Shown piece after piece: positions 1 through 13,512 of a DNA stretch of 64,000 bases. Under the pieces are notes generated by a model. It was given only the letters and a program-made list of their open reading frames with translations. It was not told the DNA's origin and made no database searches. Origin of the DNA: Raillietiella orientalis. Its lineage: Eukaryota. The position numbers and the translations under genes are program-made. The first letter of the stretch is position 1; each line of letters opens with the position of its first letter. The stretch covers positions 2,108,001-2,172,000 of the forward strand of contig JAYWIR010000028.1 of assembly GCA_036172245.1 (NCBI GenBank), written 5' to 3'.

Positions 1-1130
1 AAAGGTGGTAACGATCTTAAACGCAGGACTAGCGCCATTTTGTTTTTTGAAGACTGCTTCTCAGCATATGCAACGCAGTCGTTGAAAGCGAGCATCTTCC
101 GATCCGCGCTCTCAGCATACCAGTTCATCGCCAGATTTTCTAACAAAAAAGATCTGAGTGTCCTGATTCGTTTCCTGGAAGCGGAGGGACTCTGTCAACG
201 GCACCCAATACGAATCGGCAAAGTTTCTTGAAAGTTTTCTTCTCCTTACTGCCCTTCTTGTTCCCATGACGTCATGGCTCCAAACATTCCTTTTCCCGAG
301 GAGCACAGCACTAGGAGGAAAGCGGTCTCGTCTTCCGCAACAGCTTTTCTACCTGGCAACTTCCGATGATTCGTCAAATTTTGCAGTCCTTCCCTCCTCC
401 TACCTTCCAAAGGGGTTCCCAATTTTGAAGGTTCTCGCAAGGACGTGGGAGAAACCCAGCACCAGAGATCGCAAGCATCTTTAGATCTTTTTTCACCTCC
501 TCCTCCTCTGACGTATGTTGATCCTTTGGTTAAAGATTTGTCGCTCACTTATTCGATGGTCCTCAACCTCCACCCTCGAGCGACTTCATCGCGTTTCCGG
601 CAGGAGGTGAGCAGCCGGTCATCTTCGCACACTTCTCCGTTTGCTTCTTTCTGCTCTTGGCCGCACCGGCTGCAGGTGGCGGAAGGGATTCCTCGCTTCT
701 GTCGCATATGGCCCCTTTCTTTCCCGAGCTTTCTTCTCTCCTTTTGCCTTGTGGGGCGTTGGAGCCATAACCTCACTCCATTGTTCTCCCTCGCTTTTCA
801 GATTTCTGCCCTGAACCAACGTTTCGTAGGAACGCTGTCTCTGCAGAGGGCGTGGTTTCCGTGATCAGAGGAACTCAGGTCTTCAGAGCTCCTCGTGCTG
901 CGGAACCGAAGCTCTGCAGCACGAAGAGGGTCTCCCCCCTGAGGTCCCCACGCGGAACATTGCCCCTCCGACGTCTGCTGCTGGTTTCCTAGCAACCCGA
1001 AGGTGTGCAGGTGCGCCCGGTCCACACAGGAGCCGAGTGCCCGAATGCAGACAGCATCTACCCCTCCCTCCTCAGTGCTCGCGGCATCCCGATTCTTCTG
1101 CACGTCAGAGTCCCTTTGAAAAATCAATCG
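1..1130 (-). mobile_element. Degenerate R2-like (RLE-type) non-LTR retrotransposon: RT domain to C-terminal linker, cut by the window edge
   Basis: Collinear RT-like motifs across frameshifts: GPQGGDPL (~950-925; cf. GVxQGDPL), PFRHL (~685; cf. FRYLG), LWKVGGG (~410; cf. GGLG), ALVLRLRSLPP (~40-5; cf. ALxLRxNxLPT). Confidence 0.5.
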
Positions 1131-1329
1131 CACTCGTTCTTATTGCAAGGAACACAAAGCTTTCACTTTCATCTCTCTTGCCTTTGCATCCCTTCCCTAT
1201 CCAAGGAACCGGTTTATTAACTTAGGGCTATCTCCACGGAAACAGAGACAGAGGAGGTGCTCCAAGAGACAAACAATGCAGCCGACTGCTTTCGTACATG
1301 CACTTTTATTGTGCAGGGCTGTGGGGCTC

Positions 1330-1950
1330 TTCAACTGTTGCTAGTGGTTAACGACTCGGTTGACATTGATGGCACTCTAAGCTGACTGATCCAGGGGATC
1401 ATGAGCGCAGCGGCAGATTAGTTTCCAAGGAGAGTTCTCTATTAAATTCGCTTCCATTATCGTCCTCATTGTTCTCTGTGACATTCTGCGTAGCTAAGGG
1501 CGTCCTATTAAATCTAAGAGAGAACAGCTGCTATCCGCTCCTCCTCGCCACCCTGGAAACAATCAGTAAGATGGAACTAAAAGACGTCCTTACCTGTTGT
1601 CTGATTCTTCTCCAACGGAAAAGGCTGCTGTCCACTTTTATAAAACGCCAGCCGGTGGTCTCACGTCGCCGCACAATGTGTCCCTAGGAGGAGCTGCGAG
1701 GATGGCAACTTCCTCGGAGTGCATTTTTAAAGTTCAGCGTTGGGCGGTGCTTTCAGAAGAGCACGAATCAGCATTACAAGGGGCAGCCGGCTCTTTTCTT
1801 TTTCTCCGCTTGGATCTCTTGCGGAGGACGCCTCCGCGCAGTTGGTACTTTTTCAAACGCTACCTAATCGAATAGATCTGTGGACAGTGCAGTGCCTCTG
1901 CATCACTTTTCTTCCACGTGAAAGATTCCGAATAGCTACTGGGACTCCAT
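1330..1950 (-). mobile_element. Degenerate rve-type integrase fragment (Ginger/Gypsy-like)
   Basis: KKYQLRGGVL, then H...GH (~1715-1675), then DNGSEF (1461-1444) and a GSVS (cf. QGxVER) remnant; several stops. Confidence 0.45.
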
Positions 1951-2000
1951 CCGCAAAATTGTACGCAGCCATGGAACGCCTCTTCAGTTCAACCAAGAAC

Positions 2001-2004
<4 letters not shown>

Positions 2005-2036
<32 letters not shown>
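2005..2036. repeat. (AG)16 microsatellite
   Basis: Read directly. Confidence 0.95.
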
Positions 2037-2041
<5 letters not shown>

Positions 2042-2149
2042 ATCAAAGTGATGTTAAAGTCCTGCGTGCTGGTGGGGACCGCACGAAAGCATTACAAAAT
2101 CGTTGTGAGAGAAATGATATGGACGCAGTGCTTGGAGGTTATGCATCTG

Positions 2150-4470
2150 AAACATCATCCAAATATAGAATCAAGTTGTTTTCTTTAGAGCTCTTCTTAT
2201 GGAGATCTGAGGTCTGCGCCCTTTGAGGATTCCTTCAGTAGCGAAGATTCGTTTTGCCGCTGATGTCTCACTACGAGCAGACCAGAAGAAGGAGCAACAT
2301 ATGAAGTTCCTCTGTGGGTCATCTTCCTGTAAACCCTCGCAGCCCGATGGATCAACGAGTCTGGGGGATGAATCTTGAAACGTTAGGATAGCCTCTTGTT
2401 TCAGGGATTTCTATTCTGTGGGGCTAGACGTTGGGTCTAGGCAAAGAATTCGCTCAATGGACTCTGAGTTTCAATAAAGCAACCTCTCAGCAAATCTTAG
2501 CTAAGCCCTAGATTCCTCTATAAAGGAAGAACGGTACATTTCCTGTCAAATTCATCGGAGATTGTTATTTAGCTTGATGAAATTCTCGTGCATAAGACAA
2601 AAGGCATAGGAAACAGCTGCTTCCACGCTGCAGCATTTCAAACAGAAAGAGGACTTTGTGCTCTGCTGAAGACCTTTCTCAGCACGAACTCAGTATGAGG
2701 AAGAATGGATGCAAAAATACATCAGTAACGATGTATCGCTTCATCTCTGTTGGCCAATGACTATTAACATTCTGTTTCACGAAAGCATCATAGCTGGGGA
2801 CGAATGTTCTAACATTGCCTGATGGGTGCTGGTCAGGTTTTTAGCTTCTCATACCAGAAGAAATCCGGTGCTGAAGAAAAATGCTTCATTTTGGAGAGAA
2901 ACCGAGAGCAGTCTTCAGCGATTGGTGACCCGAGTTTCCAGTTTTTCTCTGACTGCATGAGCTCTCAAGGCTCCTGGGGAGGAGTGATGCAAACCAGTGC
3001 TCACTGCGGTACAAGAGGTAGTAGCCATGTTGCTCCTTGTGTCAGCACCCCATCGAAGATACTGGAGAGGAAGTTTTTCTCAGGTATCTGGGCGAAGCAC
3101 CCAAAAGGAACGCTTAGCTCTCCTGACTTGACTTCCCCGGAGCGACGGTAGCCGGCGAAGTATCCCTTCGGCAAATCAGGAGAAGGATATCAAAAAGGAA
3201 GATTTCCAGAATCCAACGAGATCCGAGGGATTGCAGCCTCTTTGAAGGATCCTCTTCGGAACAGTGCCTGCGCTTTTTGATTCGCGTGGGAAGCAAAAAG
3301 CGCGACCCAGTGGCACCTGATTCCTTGGAACGAGTGCATTCAGCTATTAGTAGATCAAAACGAATCCTCAGGAGCACTGTCTCCCGAAGAAACTCGAAGG
3401 AATTGTGTGCAGACTTTCTTTCCAAGTGGAGCTTTGCCAGCTCTTCTTCCCCTTCTAAGGTTTCCCACATTCCACTGCACTGCTTCTGCATGCATCTAGT
3501 CTTCGAGATGAGTGCCTTCTGATCCCGAATGCGAAAAACGGTCGCCTACTTGTGTGAATAAGAGAAATGCCTCTGAATGCAGTTTACGTCTCGCATGGAT
3601 CCGACAGGTAGGACTACATCGCGGAGAGTACTCGAGAGGCAGAGAGTACCTCAAAACCTGCTGACATCGCATATCAATTCCATTCGACCTCTCATCGTTT
3701 TTCTCCAGATTACCGGCATGAGGTGTCAGAGGCACTGATGTCTTGACGAAAAAGAGTCCGACTGGCAGGAGCCGCCGTCTCCCCTGAGGGGATTAAACAG
3801 CCGAGTCCGTTTCGATTTCCCGCGGATCCAACAAATGGAAAAGATTTTCCAAGCGGTCGAGCATGTCTTTCCCGAGTCGGTTCTTGTTGACGCCTCTTCC
3901 TCAGAAGGACGCCGAACTCAAGAGGCTGCGGATCTTCATACCTGGAACAACCGTGCCCTCAACCTGGCCAGAGGGTGTTCGAGATACGGAAAGTCCGATG
4001 CCGAAACGGAGATGAAGATGCCTGAGGATTTTTCTCAATGAAAAAAAGGAAAGAGCTTTATTTTTTTCCCCATCATACATCTCCAAGAGAAGTCTCTGCT
4101 TACGGGTACATCGAGACTTTCCTTTAGAAAGACGTCTTCAGTCGCACAGGCTGCGAGAAAGTGCTTCGAAGAGGCATCGGCATTTCTTCTGCGACTTCCG
4201 GCCTTCTCACGAGGGCATATCTCCTATTCAGAAGGACTCTTCCTTGGAACACCCGCATCCCCTCATGAGTCGAGGCTCACGGGTCGCTGAGGCTGATTCT
4301 AGTAAGAAGCGAAGAGTTCAACCGCAGATGAGCGGAGCAGATGAGTCGGTTCTATCCGCAAAGAACAAGGTTGCGTATCTCCACGTGTCTGGTCAGAAGT
4401 GCCGTTACCTAGGAGGCTTATGCTTTACGTAAATGCGTACACGCCTAGGAGAAACAATGGAACTTGACGC
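2150..4470 (-). mobile_element. Degenerate hAT transposase
   Basis: BED-finger remnant (C..C...GNGTS/LTRH, ~4460-4385), a TDG.SNM-like remnant (~3045-3025), and a C-terminal dimerisation motif YPNVSRF...TSAAKRIFATEG (~2390-2225; cf. TSASSERxFS). Confidence 0.55.
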
Positions 4471-4699
4471 GTGTTTGGACACTCCCGTCATCCTGGAAAG
4501 ATGCAGCGGACATCCCGTGTATTGGTACTGCGCTTGCCTTCTGCGCTACGTTCTGCTAAGTGGCGGCGCGATTTGAACAGAGCAAATAGGAAAGAATCCT
4601 GTGTTGCTACCCAAAGTTCTTACTGCTTGAAATTTACAATTATACAACACGTCACGGGGGGACTCTTGGCATATTTCCGGAATTCCTCCTCTGTTCATC

Positions 4700-6230
4700 T
4701 AGGGCTCTCGTCTCCCCTCAGCATGTTGCTTCCTCAGTTTCCTGTCCTCTCTTCTCGCGAGAGCTGACCGCTGGGGTTCTCCGGTTGCATCTGGTTGTCG
4801 GTCCTTCGTGTGACGTGGGTTGCATAGATGTCGCTGAGGTACTGGATGCACAAACCCACCATCCGGTGCCTCATAGCCTCCTTGAAGAAGAATAGTGTCC
4901 TGTGTCCAGAGTTCCTCCAAACCAATTCTTGTCTACCTGAAGATTGAGCATCTGGATCATCTTCCCTTCTTCATATGCTGGTTAATCAGCAGCATTCTCA
5001 GGCCCCAAATCATGCAGAGCCTGACAATATGGGACCGCAGTGGCGATCTGGAATGAGACACAGCAGGAGGTGCATCGGCAAAAGCAAGAGCGCCTTCAGC
5101 AAATAAAGACCCAGAGGGAAGGAAGAGGTGATTTCTCTTCCATTGCTGATCGGTCCTCTCCTTGAGAATTTATCCTATCTGACGGAGTCATGGGGACCAA
5201 TTCTTCATGTGGTGCAAGAGTTGCTTCTTCCTTGTGCTCGTGAAAACTGTGAGCGAGACCATGTGGCACTTCACTGCAGTCCTCATGATATTCCCGCAGA
5301 GCAAATTCTCCAGTCTGCAAAAGCATCTGATTGGAGAATCTGCTGCATATTACTTTCAAGCAGGTCATCCACGCCTGCCTGAGCCGATGTGAGGATCCGG
5401 CACATCCGTCTTCGGCCAAGAGCAGCCCTCCATCCCCGAGATGATCCCCTTTCTCTTTGCGTCTGCTCCACAGTCGTGGTTTTTAACGTCATTTTTGTAA
5501 TCTTTTGCCATCAGGCTGCATTTCCTCATTTCATTGGTTTGCAAAGAATACGATGGCTGCAACACATTTTGAAGGTGGATGGATGCTATCATCCAATGGA
5601 TATGCAAAGCCAGTCATCTGAGGAAGGACATCGCCCATTTCCAGGAGGATTTCCCAAATGCTGTTCCCTCTCTAGGTCTCTCTGCATACCCAGACATGCC
5701 TTTTCCCCAGATGCTCTCAGGATGAGGACAACATCCTGTTTATTTGGGTTGCCCACCAAGACGGGACATACTTTTGGCTCCCGCCATGTTAGCTCTCGCA
5801 GCTGGATTGGGTTTGCAGGAATTCTTTGTGGTACGTGCTCACAACTGTTCCACAGGTTCCGTTGACAGATCCATGCGCTTCTGCATTCCAGAAGGTTCAT
5901 CATCCAGCTTGGTCTCTCCCATCCTATCTGCCACACAATGATCTGCCTTGCTGAGCTGCTTGCTTTCCAGTCAGCAAGAAAGCAAATTGCTGAATTTTTC
6001 AATGGACGAATTCTTCGATACCTGATGGCAACGGGACGGACAGCCACTTTTATTGCACAATCCACTTCTGACTGGAATGTGTACATGAGTGCGATGAGTG
6101 CACATCTGAATTCGAAACGGCAACAGCCAAACAGATATTCGAGATCTCCTTGTGGGCATCCAATAAAAACCGAAACTGCTATGACAGAAATTCTTTTCCT
6201 TCCAGGAAGAAATTCTCGCAATCCCGTACT
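4700..6230 (-). mobile_element. Probable degenerate MULE/Mutator transposase with SWIM remnant
   Basis: Cys/His N-terminus (CNKSGCPSRC), YSLQTNEMRK...YKND, VDDLLE (~5370-5355), and a SWIM-like CRCTSC...PYCQALH (~5080-5010). Heavily decayed. Confidence 0.35.
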
Positions 6231-6279
6231 TTCTCAATGCTTTCTAAATAATCTCGGGTGACAAGTGACATTACACGTC

Positions 6280-6760
6280 CCGGGAAAACCGACTGCATGC
6301 TGGAGCGCACCATTTCCTCCCGATGTGCGCTCCGCCTGCTTCTCGGAAATTTTCCCTTCCCGCAACACTCCATCGTTCCTCGTATCATCTCTGGCACGGG
6401 GTTTGCTTTTGCCTTCTATCTCTCCCTTTCGGGCGATATAGAAGAAGGCCGGCGTCATGCCTATTCCGGCACAGCACGGCCGACTGCCTACCCTTCTCTC
6501 CGGAGAACCGGCTTTTGATTCTGCTGCCCGGAAGGTCTGCTTCGCAGTGACCGAATCCCAGCGCCTCGGGGTGGTCTTCCTGATCGCCACCACCTCCCCG
6601 TACCCCTCCGTGAGCGTCGTTCGGTTCCCGACTTAGGGGCGCTCTCGCCTCCGCGGCCGACCACCTCTTCCGCCCTCTCCCCAGCAGGTTTGAAGGATTT
6701 CCTAAGTCTTGCTCGTAGCATTCTCTCCGAGTCCAAAACTCCCTTGACCCGAAGTCCCAT
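6280..6760 (-). mobile_element. Possible Tx1/L1-type ORF1 (ZCCHC3-like) relic
   Basis: YGEVVAIRK...PAFFYI followed by a decayed zinc knuckle (TMECCGKGK). Confidence 0.35.
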
Positions 6761-7529
6761 AACTACCTTTCTGCATCAAGATAAAGGTTCAAAACGGCAA
6801 GTTGGGCTACAGGGTGTTCGAGGAACAGTAACTTGATTGTAGAGATGCTGGAAATCACTCCAGAGATTGATTGCTCTTACCGCTTTTCCAGTGCCTCTCC
6901 TGGTTTTGAATAAGTTTTGTGCCCATTAGCATGCTTTGCAAGGAACCAAATATGGCATCAAAGATCAGAAGAAGCTTGCCGATGATGCAACTAACAAATG
7001 CACATGGCGGGGGTTGTCGTGGAAGTCACCTGATTCACTAGACGGGTTGAAAGGACCACGCTTATTGCCACTAGTGACACCCAAGGAACGGCACGAAAAT
7101 ATTAGGATCTCACAGCGCATCTGTTGCTGAGAAGTTATCTTAGAAGTTGCATCTCAGTCTTAAGACACCATCGCATCGTCCCATCCCAGCCACGAACCTG
7201 GAGTCTGTCTTACGTTTTTGGCATTCAGGAGATATCTTGTCACCGCTACATCTCTTTTCCCTTGCGTGGCTGCAGCGCGACTTCATGAGGGCTTGCCGAC
7301 TGCCCAGTTTCTGACGAAGAGATGTGGAGCTGGTAAGAGGAAGACTTGTCCGCCAGTAGAGGGATCGCATACATGAGCGACAAAATTGATGCCAGACTGG
7401 ACTGCTCTTTCTCCGTTATCTCTGAGGTGCACAGCTGATATCCCGACGATGGACCGAGACTCCAGATGAACTCGCCCCACTTCGGCATGTTGCTGCACCC
7501 TCAACGGACGTGCAGTCACTTTGCTGATT

Positions 7530-9360
7530 GCAACGAACGAGAATTCAGGAAGACAACTCATTCCAATGCCTTCGGGCTACATTTCTGCCGACTCCTGTAG
7601 CAAAATTGCACAAAGAGCCGTGGTTGGTATCTTCTCGTTGTGTGCGAGTTTGGCTTAACGAGAGAGTGGTGTTCTACTGCCGTATCATTCGGCACAAATG
7701 CAGTCCCATCCCCAAGGCTTGCCCTTTGCACGTTGCGGTCATGTGTGAAAGCCCATCGGACTCGCGTGATCGTACTGAGGTTACGAAGAAATTTGCCACT
7801 GGAAGGCAATCCAGCATCTCACTAATCTGCGATAGCCATCCTCCCATGGAGTGACTTTTCTTGGACGCTGCAGAGCGCATTCTGATGGTGTTAATTATTA
7901 ATTTTCCTTTCTTTTTTAGAATGGACGCAGCCTGGGGCAGAGATACCCGCATTAATCGGAGATATCCATTTTCTGTCAAGAAGCAACTCGAATCGAAAAT
8001 GGCTGCGGATGTTTACACGAGTGTTTCAAGTTGATCTCAGGATGTGAGACGATTTCTTGATGCAGCCATTACTCAAACAATGTGTACTTATCATTGTCCA
8101 CGAAAGGTCCACAGATACAGTAATGAAACCATTTGTCTCTCAGCATGGATCGGTGTTTATGGATTGGATCCCATCTTTTGCGTGCTGTCGTTTTATGAAA
8201 ACGAAGTGACAGGCTTGGAATAAACTGAGCTGAAATATGTCTGGACTCGGAGCACTGCTCCCCGTCATCTCCTCCCATTATTTTTCGATCTCATTCCAAG
8301 GGGAGAGCACTGTTCCGCGTGATGTCGTGGAAACCTTCCGGTGGCACTGCTGTCCGGCCTCGCTTCTCGATTCTTCTTTGTCTGTGGATGGCTGTTCACA
8401 TGCCCCCGGTCGCCATCCTCTCGGAGTGGCTGCGGGTAACGGTAAGCGGAAAGGAACTGGATCACGCCGCCGCTCTCACCAGGCTACCGATCACTGCCCA
8501 TCGATCCTGTCCTTCCTCCTCCGGTGAGGTCGTGATTGCTTTGAGAACTCGTGGGTGCAAACCTTTTTCGGGCACGTTTCTTTCGAAACGACTCGCAAAA
8601 ATCTTCGTCCCGCGTGTCACCGAGCCACCGGTCACTCAGTGGAGTAAAAGTGGTCGCTCGCAACAGCGTGAGTAGCCAATTTCGTTCCTCCACCAAGAAC
8701 TTGATGACAGTGGTAACGCCAAAGTGAACCTTGAATTATGCGGAAAGGTTTGGGGCTGTTTTGTGCCTTGCGTTCAGAACCACACTTGTAGTCGTAACAC
8801 AAGAAAACAACCGGACCACGCTGAGATTACTCGGAGCTGGCAGAGCAGTATCTTGGAGTTTGAAGGGTCAATAAAGGCTTCTCGAGTTACCAGAAAGCCA
8901 TCGCAAACAAATCAACAGACCAATCTGGGAAATGTTCAACAGGATGGAATCCAGCTCTGGTAATTGGAGGACTCATCTCCCGCGATGTTCTGGAACTTGA
9001 TTACTCTGCCACCTGCCCCAGTCGACAGCACCGAAGCGGTGTCCAACAGCCGTCGTAGAAGAGCCACATCGAAATTCCTGGTCCGGTGCCACCTGGTTTG
9101 AGCGGTGCCAGCGTGCGGAATCTGGCTGCTACATACTGAGAAGTACATGCTCAGAATCCGAAGGATGCCGAATGGGATCATAGCTGTGTTCACAAATGCG
9201 AGCTAAAAGATAAGATCGAATGACAACCTCCCCCTACTGTTTTTCATCTTGATCCGCGGGACGATTATCCCGAGTCGACTGCCCATGTTGGCATCTTGCG
9301 CGCTCGACCTCAGGATCAACAAAAATGCGTCCGGTTGCAGAATCCTCTTTGCACCTGGCT
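7530..9360 (+). mobile_element. Degenerate MULE transposase with SWIM finger
   Basis: FYC...KACP (~7672-7725), INRRYPF (7951-7971), EICLD then frameshifted LPLFF (~8232-8286; cf. EICLLDATY...LPLFFL), AFRT...NN (~8770-8810), SWIM-like PYC...PCWHL (~9230-9297). Confidence 0.6.
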
Positions 9361-10039
9361 AGGCCGCACCAGCGCGTTCAGAAAGATCAGAGCAGACTTC
9401 CCCCACCTGAGGAACTTTGGGACAGGACCGGCCAGACAGACCGAGGTATCTGGTCGCTCGGTGTCGCTGCAGATGCTGTGGGCTTGGCCGTTCTGCTTCC
9501 AAGATCACAAACAGCATCGACAGTGATTTAATGAAGCTGTCGGAGGGATCGTCGGAAGGAAAAAAAACAAAAACAAGAATGGCTGATTCGGTGCCCATGT
9601 TCTGGAACGCATTTCGAAAGGTCCTCGGATTCGAAGTGGCCTTTTGCACAATATCTCGGTCAAGAAGCCAGAAGCATCATTTGGAGCGATGGACTTTCCG
9701 AAAATTTAGAATGGAATTGCAGGGTTACACATGCTTTGGATGCCTCGTGGACTAATCACCTCTCTTTCAGAGGGAAACAAGGAAGACGAGGGGAAAAAAA
9801 AAAAAAAATGCCATTTAAAAAAAAAATTGCTATTGTCGTGAGTTTAGAATTCAAATGGGTCAGAACGCCAGCAGATGTAATAAGAATGCAAATGATTTTT
9901 GAATACAAATAAAACTCTTCATTGGGAAACATCGATAGAATATTCCATGATTATTATGCAATGTTTTGTTTTCCTACTGTCCTTAATATCTGTGGAAGGT
10001 TCTCGCCCAGTATTATCTCCAAATCACATGCTTGTATCC

Positions 10040-11760
10040 TTTTATAATGGGAACGGATTCTGGAAAGTGAAAAATCTCACGGACTTCATCAAAGTTCCCC
10101 GCGTTTACTTTTTTTTCTTTCGCAACGGTTCGGATGATTCGTTCGCCGGGATCTGTAAGACTTTCGGAGCTTTTGGTAGGAAGCGCATCTTCATTATCTC
10201 GACGGCTAATAGCTTGATGCTAGTTAAAGACGAATGGACCATATCCCGTTTGCACTCGATTCTCGTGAACGCCTCCAGCAATCGCATCTTCCGTTTCTTT
10301 TCGCTGCTGTCTTTTATTCCCGTCGTGGACACTCTTCAGTGCTCGCAGCAGCGGCAAGGTTTTTTTTTTTTTTTTTCTCTGTCTTCTTTCTCCGGACTGC
10401 TCGCGTGTCAAGGCCGCACACTCGTCTGGTAGATGGTGTCACCAGAGGCCTCAGCATGGAACCGAAATCTGGCGCGTCGGGGTCGCCCCGTGATGCTCGC
10501 CGTTCTTGCGCGCACCACTTTTTCCAGCCATGCGCTGACAGTCACCGGGGCCCTCACTCTGCGTAGGACTGCTGCCCCCATTCGGGCCGAGAGTGCTAAT
10601 TCCTTAGCCGGGTTGTCTTGCCACCCCATCCAAGATCCCTGGTCGCGAGAATTCGAGAAATCCGAGAAATTCATCAAGCCTGACACGGAGCGCTCCTATG
10701 CCTCGGTGATGTACGGGCGCACTCGTTCAGAAACCCGAAGAGTTGCAGCGCCTTGTTAGAGGATTGATGGCCGTTGCATCCTGCACCCCGACACACAAGT
10801 GTTGGGTTTGTTATATTTCGTGCCCTTCAACGGGGAAAGGGCAGTCCTGCTGGAGAGCTTTCAGGCTATTTTCCTTCGCACCCCGGCCCTGATCACGGGG
10901 CATTTTTCAATCTCGGCGCCAGTTGCCACGCAGCGAAGTGTTTGGTCCGCACCGTGTCTTCCGCGACGCGCCCCGCTGTTGCATCCCACGACACGTGCTT
11001 TCGAGGCTCCGATCCGAGGGCTGCACCGAGGGTGTAGGGTTCCCTTTCTCCCTTCTCCAGACTCGAGGTCCAGCTTTCGGTAGAGAGGCGAGTAGGAAGA
11101 TGCTCGGAATTCGATCTGCGCTTTATCCGACGCGCTGCCGTCGCGGTCGCGGCCGGTTCGACGGCAGGGCACGACAGGAAGGAACTTTCTCACGAAAGAA
11201 GGAACGTGTGGCGCAGCGTGTGGCCAACTTTTCGAAACGAGCGCGCTCCCGACCCGTCCACAGCAACCTGGAGTTTGTCTGTTGTTTGCTCGAATCAGCG
11301 GAACGCTCTGCTTTCCAGTTCGTTCCTTCCGGTTCCGGATCCCTCGGAAGCGAACCACACCATCATCCCACATCCCTCTCGTTGAAGCTCCCTGGTGTCT
11401 GAGGTGGGAGAGAATGCTCGAAGGGCGAAGAAGCATCGAGAACTGCTCGGGCACCAGTGGATGCTTTGATCGGGAAGGAAGTTGGTGTTTCCGACACTTA
11501 CGGAACCAAAGCGAGCCAATCGCTTGGGACCGTGCTTGAAAGACGGCAGCAGCGACAAGTGGACGTTGCCCGTTGATCAGTCCTCGATCGAAACGTTCAG
11601 CCGTTTGCGAGGACCGCGTCACACCAGCGATGGTCCTTCTCGTTTGGAATGTCGAAACCGCAGCGTTCAGCAGGCCGCATTCCAGCAGCTGACCATGGAA
11701 ACATCAGGAAAATTCCGTTCCTCACGATCATCCCTGTATACCCAACGGGTGCGCATCGGT
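10040..11760 (+). mobile_element. Degenerate CryptonV-like tyrosine recombinase ORF
   Basis: Collinear motifs: ICKTFGAFGRKRI; SLMLVKDEWTI; KFIKP...AP; GIFQSRRQ..SEV (10899-10940; cf. IFNRRRPGEV); FSRLEV/GREASRK; PTSL (~11370); RELLGH (11437-11454); C-terminal KWT...PSRLEC Myb-like tail. Confidence 0.6.
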
Positions 11761-11908
11761 ATGGACCAGGGTCATGTATTCGTCAATTGTGCTCTTTGAT
11801 CGTTCGGGATGAAAACTGCATTCCCCATCGGATTTTCATCTTTGAGAGAATTCCATCAGGTTTCTGAGGCGAGTTCCAATTATGAGAACGACCGACCTGA
11901 CGAAAGAG

Positions 11909-11920
11909 TGCGCATGCGCA
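11909..11920. promoter_or_regulatory. Perfect TGCGCATGCGCA palindrome (NRF1/Ewg consensus site)
   Basis: Exact match to the NRF1 consensus; partial copies at 13666-13676 and 34348-34357. Function unshown. Confidence 0.3.
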
Positions 11921-13469
11921 ACCGATCCTTGTCACAAGGTGAAAAATAAGTAAATGCGTGCATGGAAATTAAAAATGGCACGCCAAAACACACACACACA
12001 CACACAAAAAAAAATGCACTGATTCGGGCACCGAACTGTGTTTCGGACAACAAGTTTGCTTGTTATTGGTGACTGACAAGTGACGTATTGCTTATCAACC
12101 GCTTCAATCAGATATTGGTGATAAATGCCAACTTTCTATTGTGACCAAATTCCGTGGATAAAATATTCGCGTCCATATTTGAAAAGCTGAAAACAAATGA
12201 GGATTCATCTGTCATTGCTGGCAATCCAGGTTGCGATATCTTTAATGACACTTTGCATAAAGATAAATCCTTCAGGATTCCCCAGACATAAATCTGAAGG
12301 CACAAGTTATGTGGACAGTTGAACTCTTTCAGGAACTCCACAAAGATTTGAAAAAGCGAGTTTTATTCCTCTTGTTTTAGAGGTTGAAAAGAAAAAAAAA
12401 AAAAAAAAATTCATCTTTTTTTTTTTCTTCTCCCGATTGCTCACTTCTCATAGGCGTACGTGCTCAAAGTGGGCCATCTCAAGTGCCGAACCGCTACATC
12501 AGCAAGAAGTTCCATTATTTATGAAAAAAACAACCCTATTCCTTATTCTTCCACTCTTCCGGGAACGGAAGGATTGAGCCCACACTGATAAAGTCACTGT
12601 ACCTTGGGCCCGTACTCGTTTCCTTCCGTACGTTCTGCTGACCCCAACGCAATCCACGGAATTTTCGAGCACCATTCTAAGATGAGGACGCGCGTCTTCA
12701 TTCCAGGCCCGTCCCAGCTTTGGGCTGGAGATTCTGGGTTAGGGGGGGGGGGGTTTCTCTTGTTACCCCCGCAACCGGCTCCAGGTCAGTTTCCGTTTCA
12801 CCAGGAGTCTCTTCGGCAGGAGGGATGCAAGTGGTTCCCGACCTCGTCCGAACTGGCCGGAACCGATTTTTCGATCATTCCAAAATCGCCGCATCCTGGA
12901 CCACGTTCACCGGCCGTTCGATTTCCTAATTTCGGTCTCGCAGTGGTTCCTTTGCTACAAAGTCGAACGCAAGCTCACCTCATATTAAGCATTCCGCACA
13001 CATAATATCTGGACCAATAATTTTGGATCACGGACTGTGTGATGAACGCACAGCATCGCTTCTCCATGCACTCTTTCGCCATCGAGTCCCTACGGGTGCA
13101 TTTTCCTTTTTTCTCCTTGAATTTCAAAGCAAGCGGTAATAGCTACCTGTGCCGGAATGAAATCTTTCCGATGTAATTGCTCTTATTGAGGTTAACCGAC
13201 AAAAAAGGAAAAATGAATTATAGAGGAACGAAATGGATTTGTGATATTAGATGTAATATACAGAGCTTTGGAATTTGGCTATACGGCAATGTTTTTTCGA
13301 AAAATTGATCCCAGCTGGAAGAAATGGAAGAGGTCGTGTTCTAGGAAGCAACACTTTAGCACACTTCAGTGGACCCATGGAACAAAAGGTTCGCGGAAAC
13401 GTGCAAAGATTTCTTTATGGAACTCTTTTGTTTTATTATACTCACATCATTGGGGTGTTTGCCTCGAAC

Positions 13470-13471
<2 letters not shown>

Positions 13472-13510
<39 letters not shown>
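13472..13510. repeat. A39 homopolymer
   Basis: Read directly; it generates the poly-Lys and poly-Phe ORF artefacts. Confidence 0.95.

Positions 13511-13512
<2 letters not shown>

Noticed and set aside
549..776. CCHC zinc knuckle (CSRCGQEQ...RDEV) in the ORF track
   Set aside because: It lies upstream of where the knuckle should be relative to the RT motifs, and overlaps the PFRHL motif in another frame; probably coincidental.
11437..11454. Prophage or bacterial integrase (RELLGH; also KQLLGHS near 26500)
   Set aside because: Flanking motifs fit eukaryotic Crypton-like proteins, and there are no phage genes or operon structure.
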